A DNA stretch of 64,000 bases from Hormiphora californensis. Its lineage: Eukaryota > Animalia > Ctenophora. Below the pieces are notes generated by a model. The model worked only from the letters and a program-made list of their open reading frames with translations. It had not been told where the DNA came from and made no database searches. A program made the position numbers and the translations under genes. Shown here one piece after another: positions 51,493 to 64,000 of the stretch. The stretch lies in the NCBI GenBank assembly GCA_020137815.1, contig CM035353.1:5394001-5458000 (forward strand), given 5' to 3'. The first letter of the stretch is position 1; each line of letters starts with the position of its first letter.

Positions 51493-54400
51493 ATGGCGAG
51501 ATCAAACGCCAATAAGAACCTTTCAAAGGTAAGTTCACCGAACTGAATACTATACTATATTTTATGGGTAGTATCTAGTATTATATCTATCTTTCTTGGG
51601 CACGTCGCGCTATCCCCTGTACGTGGCGCTGCCAACTTAAATATCTTTCCAATAATCCACTAAACTCGCTATTATAATACTTAGTTGTACAAAGAACTGT
51701 CAGGTATATTACTTGATATGCATATAACGGGATAAGCGATCATATACTGACAGTTTAATCTGCGTTATATAGTACGTTAAACCAGGCTTTAATCTCTTTT
51801 AGTACACTATATATATGTAGTTATATTTATAGATATATATTTTTTGTTATGTTGCTTTGACGCTAATTCCATAAACTACCCATGCTTTATCGACCAGATG
51901 CCCGCAGGGTATCATTTTATGTGCTTGCAGTCCCATTATAACGGTGATGAAAAACCGTTTTGGTTTTTCATTACATACAGTAAGAAGACGCGCAAGCGCG
52001 GCCAATCAACACGCTATATGACGTGCTGAACGAATTGAACTTTTTGACAAAATCGCTCGATCGTTACGCAAATTCCGCGCAATTACGGTATCCGTACCAT
52101 TACGGTAATGGCACTACAAGCACCACTGTAACGAGACTCCCACGTTATACTGTGCATTTTTCTTTTTCAATCTTTCAGAAATGGAATTCAAATGAGAAGT
52201 AATTCTGAACTTAATTATTAATTAGTCCAATGTGGATCAGCTCCAATTAGATGTTGTATCCTAAAACACAAGCTTTGCTTCCTTTCTCAGACCTTCTAAT
52301 TCAAATGATCTTCTTTAATTATCTCTAAGAATTTATAGTTCAGATCTCTCTATCTATAATCTCTATAATACCTCGATCAATCTCTCTACCTATAGTCTCT
52401 GTTTTATTCCTCTCCCTTTTATGTTTGTCGAGCTCCAAGCTCTTACTTAACTTTGCTCAATTAAAAGTAGCTTGTTCTTTTTTCTACGAAATTTTTACTG
52501 CTGCGAGAGCTTCATTGCGGGTGTTATAAGTTACGTAACACATTGATAAGTAACCGCTGGTATAATTATGGTGGCGATGGGTCATTCTGCCCGGTATTTG
52601 TCCACCAACCCCCCTGGATTTGGCAGCCTGCCAGGCAGGAAGCATCGCATTTCGGTTACTTGTGGGACAGAGTTCAGTGTCATTAAGGTACACACAATAG
52701 TAGAGTCGATACAATTTGTATTTGGCAGACAGTAGACACCGATTTACCAATCTGATCTCGGGAAGAGTAATTCCCCGGCTGCCTGGCCAAAGCTCTGACA
52801 GATCCTGCAGTAAATCCGGCTGTATGTAATTGTTTAGGGGGAAACACTGTTTAATTACACAGCACTTTATAGCCTTACTTCCGATCACCCAACTGTCTGC
52901 ACTTTATAGCTATAGAATTATTAAGATCAATTGCTAATCACAATATTCGAGCTGAGTAAAGTAAATTCTAAAATTACTGAAAAATGCTCCACTTAAGAAT
53001 TCTGAAATTTAAGTTTTTAAATTATAAAATTTAAGGTACACCAATTATTTTATAGTTGAGACTCTCGAGTGTTATGTTCCACAATATAGCACACTAACTA
53101 AGTTCTAACGTGTATTTTCTGTTTCAGTTCATGCATCCCTACTGTATGAAGGGATTTGCTGGAGTTGTCAGTCCATACCCTTACTTCAATGCAAAATCGG
53201 ACGCAGAAGCGATTGAGAATGCCCTCATCCTACGAAGAGGCTCTATCACTAGTCGGATGAAACAGTTTTTTGGAATTGAAAGTAAGGTTCTACATACTAT
53301 TTGATTATTTTTAGCTATGGATGTTCAAGTCACACACCTTGCACTATGACTTTATAGCGCTAAATTTCCCTGCTTTAATCTGAGGTATGACGGTTTAAAA
53401 AAGGTGATCTGGCCAATTTATTGATAAATAGGAATAAAATTCTGGGTTTGAACGGGAATTGAACCATGGACCTTTAGAGTGACATGCTCGAAGCTATACC
53501 ACTAAGCTAAGGGCGTGTGTGCATGAATCAAAACTAGAAGGAGATAGTATCAAAGTTATTTCCTGGATGACTTAAACTTTCAACGGCAAAATAACTTTGC
53601 AGTGCGGTTACTATGTCGCTGCCGTGCCAAACTACCATTTTTGACCATGCGATCCGAATGACCCCTGAGAATACAATATTTTTAAACCCTGTATGATATT
53701 TTTAGCACATGTGCTAAAACGATCATCTGGGTGGATGCCTTCGGTATTCTAAAACTCACCCAGGCAGTGAAAAATATATCTCCCTGTATATCATACACAC
53801 ATATCGGCCATGACGACATCTTGTGGAATGTACATATTAGTTGTTTTCATTATTTCAGTGGAAAGTAACACTGTCTTGCGTTGGGTGTTGTCCCTTGTCA
53901 AGAGTATGAAACCCACTATTGAGAATGAGAAGACCGGCTACTGCTGGCCCTACTGTAATTCTGATCATGGTAATACTTGAAGCAATATTTTATTAGCCAT
54001 GCATTTAGTTTACACATTGTATATTATATGGGTGGATTATGTTTTTTTGCTGGAATCTGAGCAAGCTAAATTAAGTCATGATCATTTGTATCCAGTGACA
54101 AATCGGGAAACGGCTGAGCAGTGAGCACTGAGGACAGTGATCTCAAAACAATGTACATTGTACATGGAGCCGGGTGGTGGAGGGGCGGGTGGGTGCTTGG
54201 AGGGGCGGGTGGATGGGGATAGGTGCTTTGAGGGGCGGGTGGGTTCTTGGAGGGGCGGATGGATGGGAATAGGTGCTTGGAGGGGCGGGTGGGTGCTTGG
54301 AGGGGCGGGTGGATGGGGATAGGTGCTTGGAGGGGCGGGTGGGTGCTTGGAGGGGCGGATGGATGGGGATAGGTGCTTGGCGGGGCTGGTGGGTGCTTGG

Positions 54401-56855
54401 AGGGGCTGGTGGGTGCTTGGAGGGGCGGGTGGGTGCTTGGAGGGGCGGGTGGATGGGGTGGGTACTTGGAGGGGCGGGTGGATGGGGTGGGTGCTTGGAT
54501 GGGGCGGGTGGGTGCTTGGAGGGGGCGGGGTAAATGAGGGTGGGAACTTGAAGGGGGTGAGGTAGGTGCTTGGAGGGGCGGGTAGATGGGGGGGGGGGGG
54601 TGCTTGAAGTGGAAAGGGTTGTATGTAAGTGACTCAATAAGGCGAGAGAAAGTTCTCCCTTTGACCAAATCGCTGTGTTGTTGCATATTTATGGATGTTT
54701 CTTTTGTGTTCAAATGCTACAAGCCATTTGTAAGATGTTTAAAATCTGTCAGCCTTTTTCTTTCGTCCATTTCTATTGGATTACAATTCCTCTTTTCACC
54801 ATTACATAAAACTAAACGCCGCTTTCAGACTATGAGGAGAAGGAACGTTTTGAGAGATCGGTTATTGAAACCCTGGCACACCGGTCAAACGTTCAGCGAC
54901 AACAAATCGCCATCACGTACAAGAAGATTTACCAAAAGGTATATAACTTACTAATTTAGGGTTTGAAAATTACATCCAGCCCAAATTTAGTCGATTCCTC
55001 ATTATCCTTCTATTATCATATTCATATTCATACATAAAACATGATTATACCAACAACACTATCTTTCTCTAATCATTCTCTAATTATAGGACATGCTTGA
55101 GGAGCTCAAAATTTGTCTGAATGGAGACTTCCAAGATGCGGTGGAGGCCCTTATCACTGATCCTGTTCTGTACGATGTCAAACTTCTTCACAGATCGCTC
55201 TTTGAGGTGGGTGTTTACAGTGTAACCCTAGGGTAGAGACAATTACCAGATTAAATTTAATAATTCCATATCCATTAGATTATTTTTATGTTCGTGTTTT
55301 TCTCCCGATAATATAATGTATACAATGTTTAATTTCCACACTCTCCACTTCTCCAATTCACTCTCCACATCTCCAATTCACTATTCACATCTCCACACCC
55401 AGATGCTGACAATTGATGGAGAACTGCTGGCGGAAATATTGTGTTCTAGGACAAACGTTCAACTCATGGCCATCCAGGAGAAATATGCCCAAGGTACAAT
55501 CTGAACGACCAAAAACTATTATGATATGGTTGAAAGTTGCTCATTGCTCAAACCTCTTTCCGTGCGGTCTTTAAAGGGGGGTTCGAACATAAAAATTTGA
55601 AAGTGTATTGAATTATTTATTTTAGAGTACGGTAACCCAGAGGACAAAGCAGATAATGGGCAGCCGATGTCTCTGCTAAACGACATTGTAAAGATATTTA
55701 CTGAATCCCGTTTGATGTCGGACAGGGAGTGTGCTATTGAGTTTGTTAAGAAGGTCCTCTTGGATGCATACCATCGAGAGTGGAGCCCAAAAATGAGCCC
55801 TGCAGACAGGTATAATAATACTTTGCCATTTTCGATTATAACAGCTCACCATTACTGCTCACCATTACCTCTCAAATATACCACTTATATAATTGATAAT
55901 TTGAGAACAATCCAAACCAAAACTGGTTTTTAGGGATGAAAAAAGCCAGTGGGACGAGAGATTAGCAAGGACGGACGCTGGTGAGCTCTACGGGGCAGGG
56001 GAGTTTAAATGGGGCACAGATGAGGGAGGATTCATAAACGTACTCTTTCAAGAAAGTGTGACTTTTGCACAACTTAGGGCAACTTTTGATGCCTATGAGA
56101 GGGTAAGCTTCCATTTTCCATTTCGAGCTAAAACGAATGATATTATCGAATCACAGCTTTATAATCAATACAGAAAATATTTAACGTCAACCATTCAACC
56201 TTATCAGATGTACGGGAAGAAGGTAGTGGATGTGGTCAATGAGGAGTTTAGTGGTGTTTTGAAGGAACTGGTGTCAACCTATGTTGGTATGTTAACTTAA
56301 ACCAAACGCCCAAATTCGTGTTGTCATTTCCTTGCCAATTTCTCCAATCATTTTCAGAATTCACATGTTTAAATATGACCGATATGTAATTCCATTTTCA
56401 GAATGCATTGAGTCTCGCCAAGAGTTCTTTGCAAACCAAATGTATGAAGCAATGCGAGGACTTGGTACGGACGATGATAGACTGATAAGAACCATCGTAT
56501 CCCGTTGTGAGGTATGCACATTTCATTAACCATGATTACTAATAGATTATGATGATTACTAATAGATTATTATCATTATGTGAGGTATGTACATTTCATT
56601 AACTAATTAGATATATTTTGGGGGATATATCCTTCGCTCAGTTTATCTTTCTCCATATAACAGCCCAACAATAGTCAATCAATTAATCAATTAAATGATC
56701 AATTAAAAAAATTAACAATCTTGCAGGTGGATATGGTGCAGATAAAGATCTGTTACAAAGATTTATTCAAGAAGACCTGCAAAGAGGCTATAGATGACGA
56801 TACGTCTGGGACATACGGAGATCTCCTTCTGGCACTAGTTGGAGCGGGCCCTTAG
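51493..56855 (+). CDS. ANX: Annexin (four-repeat core, repeats 1 and 2 divergent)
   Basis: Exons 51493-51528, 53128-53281, 54829-54938, 55090-55206, 55403-55493, 55626-55809, 55934-56102, 56208-56286, 56402-56511, 56727-56855; all phases agree. Motifs: FNAKSDAEAI, LAHRSNVQRQQIAITY, EILCSRTNVQL, GEFKWGTDEGGF, QLRATFDAY, AMRGLGTDDDRLIRTIVSRCEVDM, DDTSGTYGDLLLALVG. Confidence 0.95.
53440..53515 (-). mobile_element. tRNA-derived SINE head or tRNA pseudogene in annexin intron 2
   Basis: The minus strand has the Pol III A box TAGCTTAGTGG and B box GGTTCAATTCC at tRNA-like spacing, but no pairing acceptor stem. Confidence 0.6.
54170..54610 (+). repeat. G-rich minisatellite (GGGTGCTTGGAGGGGCGGGT)n
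   Basis: Interleaved 20- and 30-bp variants in an annexin intron; source of the Pro-rich and Gly-rich pseudo-ORFs. Confidence 0.93.
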
Positions 56856-57849
56856 GAACATGCAGGCATAACAGTTGTAAGTGAGAGAGAGAGAAGAAAA
56901 TATCAATATCACGATTAATTTATATTTATTATGTGAAAAGAAGCTGTATAACTGAAGCTGTGCAACAAAGTGATTTTCGAGTTTTTTTCCCAAAATTAAT
57001 GACAATCATATACCACGTAGTCTTTTTGAAAAGTTAAATGACAATAAAGGCCTTGTTTCATGAAATATCGTATTCATTCTCGAGCTATACTGTATATAGT
57101 TTTTAGTTTGTTCAAATATATTGAGATACAGTTGTATTACTTTGTTGAGATCTAGATATTGTTATCCTATTCTTACTCCGCATAACGAATATCATTACTT
57201 TATTTGATTATTGAGTTTATTTAAATATTTATTTTGAATACAGTGGTACAATTACTTATTTTAATATTTATGAATAAAGATGTACTTATTGCAAATTATA
57301 CTGATGTGGAAGTGTTAATTTGTTTCAACTTCGTAGTGCTTTACCCACTTATGAATATTTGATTTAATGGAAAAAACGATTTTATGACATTTTTTGAGCC
57401 AAAATTATCAAATCCAAAGTTTGAATACAGTGGTACAAATTTCATCTAACGGAATTATACATAACATTTTTTCAAGCATTTCATGTTCATCGTTCCACGC
57501 GAATTAAGGTGCAAGTCAGGAAATAAGGAGGAGCCGCTTGTATGGTTCGGCGTGTTGGGATTGTACCTATATTGATCGGGAGGTTTTCGATTTTATGCAT
57601 GCCTATAGGATCGAGAGTTTTTATCCAGATATTCAACAAAAACTAAAATTTTATGACGTGGCTTGTTGAGTAAGGGGTCAACAAGACGTGGCGATTTGCA
57701 TTACTTCTCTCGTTTTATGTGTCGCGATAATTGGCTTATACTAAACATAATAAAAGCAATATGCATTAAGTAAAGCAAGCTAGAAAAAGCAGGAAATGGG
57801 GCCGGTCGGCTTGTTGGCTTCACATGGGCTTTTTCTGCGCTCGGCCGGG

Positions 57850-58101
57850 CCGGGTTTCTATGGCAAGCCCACGAACAGAGTCAAGGTAAAGCATCTCTAC
57901 ACAGTAACGGGTGAGGACACACGGAAGTTTGGACCAGAAATGGATCAAATACCATTCGACCATGGCGAAGGCATCCAACCAGGTGACCACCCTGATAAGT
58001 GCTGTGAGTGGGACGCGAGGGATGGCGAGCTGGGTAGCAAGTGGTGGCTTGGAAACTGTAACGAAAAACAGGTGTATTTCTGTGAAGCTTTCGATGGCTA
58101 A
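57850..58101 (+). pseudogene. Isolated C-type-lectin-like domain C-terminal fragment
   Basis: ...GEGIQPGDHPDKCCEWDARDGELGSKWWLGNCNEKQVYFCEAFDG* fits the xP..C...W...C....F.CE ending of CTLDs. No upstream exons identified. Confidence 0.5.
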
Positions 58102-58674
58102 AAGAAGTGATTTCCTTTTCAATTTATTATTATTTTTCGTCGAAACGTTACAAACAATGTGTTTTCCCTGAATATTTTTCAGCCTCATCAAATCAAGGAT
58201 GAGATCTTAAATCCACCCCCACCCCCCAAAACAGAAAACTCTGTGTGGGGATAGATTATCGAAATCGAGTTAGTTACCCATACCCGGGCGGTATGCGGTT
58301 TGTTCAGCATTTTTCATGGGAGTTCAATAATCAATATGAGATCCGTAGGGGAAACTCTAGCTGAATGAAGCTCCATAATCACCATTCCACTCAAGATGCT
58401 CCTAAAATTAAAAGGCTATAACATAAACACAGGCCTGATCACGCGCTGGACCTCCTGTAGAGTTTTGGTGATGATTGTGCTTCTCCTCCATTCAGCTTGC
58501 CGGCAAGCCCAATATGGCAACTAGAGTTTTCCCGAATCCAAAGCCTTAGATCATCGAGTTTTATGTTGAAAAAATATCCTCTCTTTGCCAACACCCCGCC
58601 CTTGGCCTTCAATGGAAATTCTACACTGACGGTGTTTCATGAGTGTACTACAGTGCAGATGAAGGACAATAAAA

Positions 58675-58737
<63 letters not shown>

Positions 58738-59262
58738 AGATAGGGAGAGAGAGATAGAGGGAAGATAGGGAGAGAGAGAGAGGGAGAGAGAGATAGAGAG
58801 AGAGGGGAGATAGGGAGAGATGGAGAGATGGAGAGATAGAGTTTGATTAACAATTCTATTCAGTTCGTTCGTGTAGTGATCTCGCGAGGTCGTGTGCTGA
58901 TATCAGGGCGGTGTCTGTCAATTCAATAATTTGTACTTCACAGATACTTGTACTTCTGTTCACATATACTTGACTTTTCACGACTATACAATTGCAGTAT
59001 ATACATAAATTTAACATAAATTTTATGAATTATAATCCAAGTTATATAGGCGGTGTGATGTGACACCATTATGCTGAATGAAGACACATGTGGTGCACTC
59101 TCAGCTGTGTTTTTTTGTTTTGGACTCTCGCCTTCTCTCTATCTCTCTACCGCTCTCTCTCGCTCGCGAGAGACGGGCGAGATTTGCTCGCTCTTACTCT
59201 CGGGAGAGAGAGGCCGCTTCGCTTCGGAGTCTCTCTCTCTCTCTCTATATCCTCTCTCTACT

Positions 59263-59370
<108 letters not shown>

Positions 59371-60158
59371 CTCTCAGTCCTACACACACGGCACGTGTAA
59401 CTTAAGGGACAATGGGCTAAACTGGCTTTGTTTTAGACCTCGGCCTCATGCTAGCTTGTACCGCGTAAAGCTTTACTATATGACACGCCGTTTTCTTATA
59501 TTTAGCTTTTTATACTTACCTTTTTATTTTATATTGCTAATTAGATCTTTAAACCATTCCAAAGTTGTGCAATTGCACGTTGAGCTAAGTTTTTAGTCTA
59601 TAATGGTCGATAAAATATCATTAACTAGGCGACTGTATGCATACTATCTTGTACATACTAAAAGAGATGGGGAGAAAGATGATGCAACCATGTGTTGATA
59701 GAGGGAGAGCTAAATGAAGCAGTTCTTCATCTTGTCTAGTCTAATCATGAGCACTGGGCACGGTCTACTTATTATACCGATACGTCGCGTCTACTTATAA
59801 TAGGTGTCGAAATCCAAAATAATTGCTGCGTATTCTGACAAGTTGTAGAATTTAGAACTTGCTTTTGCAGTTTTCACTCATGCACCTGTAATCCAAGAAC
59901 CTGTATGGTTTTATTTCCTGCTATAGTGCTATCTTGCCCCTAAGCTTGAAATTCAAGTCAAATCTTGCACTGGTTTTTATCTTATCTCCCATGTCACATA
60001 ATTGCTTAGCTTCCGGCACTACTTTATCGGTCCCCAGTGAACTCAAACACCGTTGCGGCGTTGCATTCCAATTTCCATGATCTAATAACTCTTTAGCTTT
60101 TTTCTGCCTGTTTTTTGGAACTCTCTTTCTTTCTTTCTCTGTAACTCCCAGCTCTTTT

Positions 60159-60232
<74 letters not shown>

Positions 60233-60425
60233 CTATATCTCTCTCGATTCTCTCCTTCTTTATCTTTCCCATAAAACCCTATATAGGTCCGACACCTCGC
60301 ATTTCAAATATTTCAACCTGAGTCCTCTATCACTGATCGGATACATTTGTTTTTGCCACCGTCCACCATCCAGTAAAGAAGTCACAGATCAGGGATCAGA
60401 CCACATTCAGAGTAGCTACGGAACT

Positions 60426-63406
60426 ATGGGCAATACCAACGGTGAGTTAAAAAAATGATGCTGTCGTAGTCCCTTGTTGAGTAGGGGTCCCACCCCTTAC
60501 TCAACACCCCTTACTACACCCTTACTTTACCCTAATTATTACACCCCTTACTCAACAAGTAGTCCCTTGAATCGCTTGAAATTGCAACCGTTCGAAAATC
60601 AGTATGAATAAATCTCCATCATCCGCCACCTACTATGCAAAAGAAAGCACTGCTCGGCTATGGGGTACCCGCATTACTATACTGTCAGAACACAGGATAA
60701 TATACTTTCAGACTGGTTACTTTCCTGCCAAGCTAATAGGTTATTTGTAATCTATTATTTGATCGCATAGCCCATTTTTTAATTTAGTAAGCACTGATCA
60801 TACCGCACTACAGCACTGCAATTGGGTACATGCTGTGTGCACATTGCTAATTCATCCCAGGCAAGAAAAAGGAAGATTCGATCGAGGAGGAGGTATCTGT
60901 GAAAGATGACGATGTATTTGAAAAAGGGCCGGATAATGTTTCCAGTGAGCCAGCTCCCACGGCAGAGGGTGGTGACATGAGTGATCAGGAGGTGGTCGCC
61001 ATGGGTGGTGACATGGGTGAGCAGGAAGTGGTCGCCATGGAAACTTCTGAAGAGTCCCCTAAAGAAGCGGCTGAAGAGGACACTAAGCAAGATGATCCGG
61101 TTGATCCTGTAACAGAAGATGCAGAGTCGGTGAACCAGTCAGTGGGGGAAGAGGAATCCGATGGTACGGCTTTGGAACTGCCAGGCCAATGCAATCTAGC
61201 AGGACCGGGAACAATCTTTATAAACAAAGATATTTTATTTGATCATATCAATTATAATATTGCATGTGCTAACGGCTTATGTTTTGCACGATCTGCACGT
61301 ATAACGCGGGTGCTAATAGTGCAAAAATAACCTTGTTTCTGTAGATAAAATAATCTCCTTTTAGGAGTCCTAATATCGGCCCATATTTCAGAGAAACTAC
61401 AAGAACTAGATGGTTCCTCAGCCTTTGCAGTGACCGAGACTGCCGATGACAACAAGCTTGCTTCTTCAGACGGGGTAAATATACTCAATACTGATACAGA
61501 ACAGCTGCAATTTACTCAATGACTTACTCAATGAGTAACTTATTACAGTACACAGTACAAACAGTACACGGACAGTCGCGGACTCTAAGTCTAACAGACT
61601 CTAAGTTTAACGGACTCCAGGTCTAATCCCTAAGCCCTATCCCCTAACCTCAAACACAAATATCGGCCCTAACACTTCTAAATGAGTATAGAGGCACAGC
61701 AAACTCTCGTTTCCGCGGAAACGGCCGATCAAATCTCGAGCTCGATGCAAATGATTTTAGCGTCCGGCAGCCGGACGCTAAAATCATTTGCATCGAGCTC
61801 GAGATTTGATCGGACTCCGGCTCCCCAATATTCATATGTATCATTTAGGATAACAGCGCTGAAAACGAATCAGTGGAAGCTGAAGACGTTCTCCGGGAGG
61901 ACAAGAAAAGCGAAACAGTTCTTCGAGTGGTCATTCATTCTGTTGATGGAATAACACGTGAAACTGATACGGTGTCTGCAGTAGACCCCTTTGTAGAGGT
62001 GAGTAAACCTTATAACCTTAACCTTAACCTTAACCTTAACCTTAACCTTAACCTTAACCTTAACCTTAACCTTAACCTTAACCTTAACCTTAACCTTAAC
62101 ATTAACCTTAACCTTAACCTTAACCTTAACCTTAACCTTAACCTTAACCTTAACCTTAACCTTAACCAATAACCTTAACCTTAACCTTAACCTTAACCTT
62201 AACCTGGCCTTAACCTTAACCTGGCCTTAACCTTAACCTTCATCTCTCCTAGGTACTTGCTAATTCGGTATTACTTGGTGCAACCAAACCTCGACAAGAT
62301 ACGACATCTTGTGTCATTGAAGAGGCATTCTTTATCAAGACCGCTCAAAGTCCGGACAAACTAAAACTCAAGTTTCAATTGAAGGACCAGGACCACATGA
62401 GCGAACATGATCTTTTAGGACATGTAAGTAGGGTAGAAAGGGGTAAAATGGCACACGGGGTAAAATGGCACATGTATGGGGTAAAATGGTCCTAGTTATT
62501 ACATGTAGTCACGTGACTTTTTCTCCAGCGGAGACCTGCTCGTTCTGTTCCGAATTTTTGCTTTAAAACTGCTGTAATTTCTGTTTGAGTTGGCCGATTT
62601 TAATTTTGCAAAAACTGCCAGTTAGGGTTTTTATCCTTCTAAAACTTGGTATAAAAATTTTTCAAAAAACCCACTATTAAGTTGATTAAATTGTCAAATT
62701 AGTCAAACTGGGGTAAAATGGTTCACCCTCGCTGGGGTAAAATGGTTCACCCTGGGACCAATGAAATCGAGCCTCCAATACCACGTGATACCAACTGGGG
62801 TAAAATGGTCCAGCACACTGGGGTAAAATGGTCCAGCAGAACAGAAATTACTGAAGATAACATGGACCATTTTACCCCAGTGCTCTAACAACACCAGGCA
62901 CGTGATAAAAATCGAGCAATGCTATTGGCTGGACCATTTTACCCCAGTGCAAAATTTCCAAAAAAAGCCCTACCAAACTTTTTGAATTGATTAATTAAGC
63001 TATTAAATAAAACTTTCAGATTTTAAAATTTAGCTCGTCTGAAAGGAAAACGTTTCATTGGATAGCCTATATAATTTTTTTTCTTCTTGCTGTATAAATT
63101 GAGTATTTTAGAACCTAAAACGTTAGAAAGTGTGCCATTTTACCCCTTTCTACCCTATAAAAGAAAAGTGTGTTAATGCAAGTGTCGCAAGTGAGTTTTA
63201 TTATATTTTCATTATCCAATTTAAATATCCAATCGTGTACTTATATAACTATTAACTAATCCTTCCTTTTATCTCTCTCCTAGGGCTATTTTGATTTGAG
63301 CGAAGAAGATATGACAGAGAAACAAACCGTCCACCTGAAGTGGAAGGGAAGTGAGATCGGACAACTTTTAATCAGTGTTGATTTTCAAAATATAACAATT
63401 GTATAA
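60426..63406 (+). CDS. Predicted N-myristoylated acidic protein with a C-terminal Ca2+-binding C2 domain
   Basis: Exons 60426-60441, 60861-61163, 61392-61474, 61849-61998, 62253-62423, 63284-63406; phases agree. Starts MGNTNGKKKED, followed by an E/D-rich linker. C2 domain: LRVVIHSVDGITRETDTVSAVDPFVEV...LKFQLKDQDHMSEHDLLGHGYFDL...GQLLISVDF. Confidence 0.88.
62012..62240 (+). repeat. (AACCTT)n microsatellite filling almost a whole intron
   Basis: Runs from just after the donor at 61999 to just before the acceptor at 62252. Confidence 0.97.
62431..63155. mobile_element. TA-flanked non-autonomous element (Tc1/pogo type) with GGGGTAAAATGG sub-repeats
   Basis: TA|GGGTAGAAAGGGGTAAAATGGCACAC...GTGTGCCATTTTACCCCTTTCTACCC|TA. 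About 10 copies of the sub-repeat in both orientations. Inserted at +7 of a splice donor. Confidence 0.85.
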
Positions 63407-64000
63407 AAACTGTACCCTGGGACATTTTGTTGAGTAAGGGAAATTGATTTTAATTATCTAAATACGTTGCTTAGGAAACTAAATATGTGGTACACAATTA
63501 AGAAACAATATTATTTTTTGATACAATTTAGTTGAACGTAAAAATTAGCCCATTCTTCGTTTAGATGCTGTCTGCCGACCCGATTTCCGGATTTCAATCT
63601 GATCGCTAAAACGGGTCTCATGTTGCCACCAGACAAACTTCAGATGGGGCTCCGGCTAAATCAAGAAAGAGACCTAAATCTGACATTTCCATCCCCACGA
63701 AAATCTTGGTGACATATAGACACCTGGCGCGACCCCCGCACACAGGTGTCGGCTCCGCCCCCTAAAAAAGGGTCGTGTCTTTCAAGGCTTTTTGCACGCG
63801 ATCCACTGGACCGATTTGCATCCGGTTTGTCGCAAAAGACTACAAATTGATCCTAGTTTACTGGAAAATACCCGAGAAGTTTGTCTGTCAACAGGAAGTG
63901 GGTCAAAATTGACACTGAAGTCAAATCTATAATCTGGCTTCCGAGCCTTTTTGTACCACTCCCTGCTCCCAGACGGTTTAGAATGAATCTGAGGGTATCA

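Noticed and set aside
53440-53515. Functional tRNA gene
   Set aside because: A and B boxes are present, but the acceptor and anticodon stems do not pair.
54066-54713. Extensin-like Pro-rich ORFs
   Set aside because: Translation of an intronic G-rich minisatellite.
62012-62240. Interstitial telomere
   Set aside because: The unit is AACCTT/AAGGTT, not TTAGGG; it is an intronic microsatellite.

Overview
Eukaryotic, intron-rich animal DNA with short GT-AG introns, many microsatellites and many inverted-repeat elements. The repeat style suggests a ctenophore, but this is an unverified impression. Most entries in the ORF track are low-complexity artefacts, so the genes below were rebuilt by hand from splice sites and intron phases. 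Contents in order: the 5' end of a probable LINE ORF1 (minus, 1-590); an orphan multi-exon gene (819-3835); an anoctamin/TMEM16 gene (about 5878-19044); a second orphan gene (24427-32844); three Kolobok-type TTAA foldback elements; a 311-bp tandem array; a 5.6-kb CACTA/EnSpm-type element; a divergent annexin (51493-56855); a C-type-lectin-like fragment; and a predicted N-myristoylated acidic C2-domain gene (60426-63406). The anoctamin has candidate alternative first and last exons and a pair of homologous, frame-incompatible exons for the Cys-rich TM1-TM2 loop. Its TM3-TM10 exons are absent, and an error-rich 5.5-kb duplicate of downstream DNA sits in their place, probably a misassembly. The CACTA element (43138-48761; CCC/GGG ends, TG target duplication, ~1.15-kb inverted arms) carries a decayed transposase and a captured, intron-containing SLC6 transporter fragment (TM2-TM7), part of which lies within the inverted arms. 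The strongest candidates for novelty are this Pack-CACTA/SLC6 element and the mutually exclusive anoctamin loop exons.
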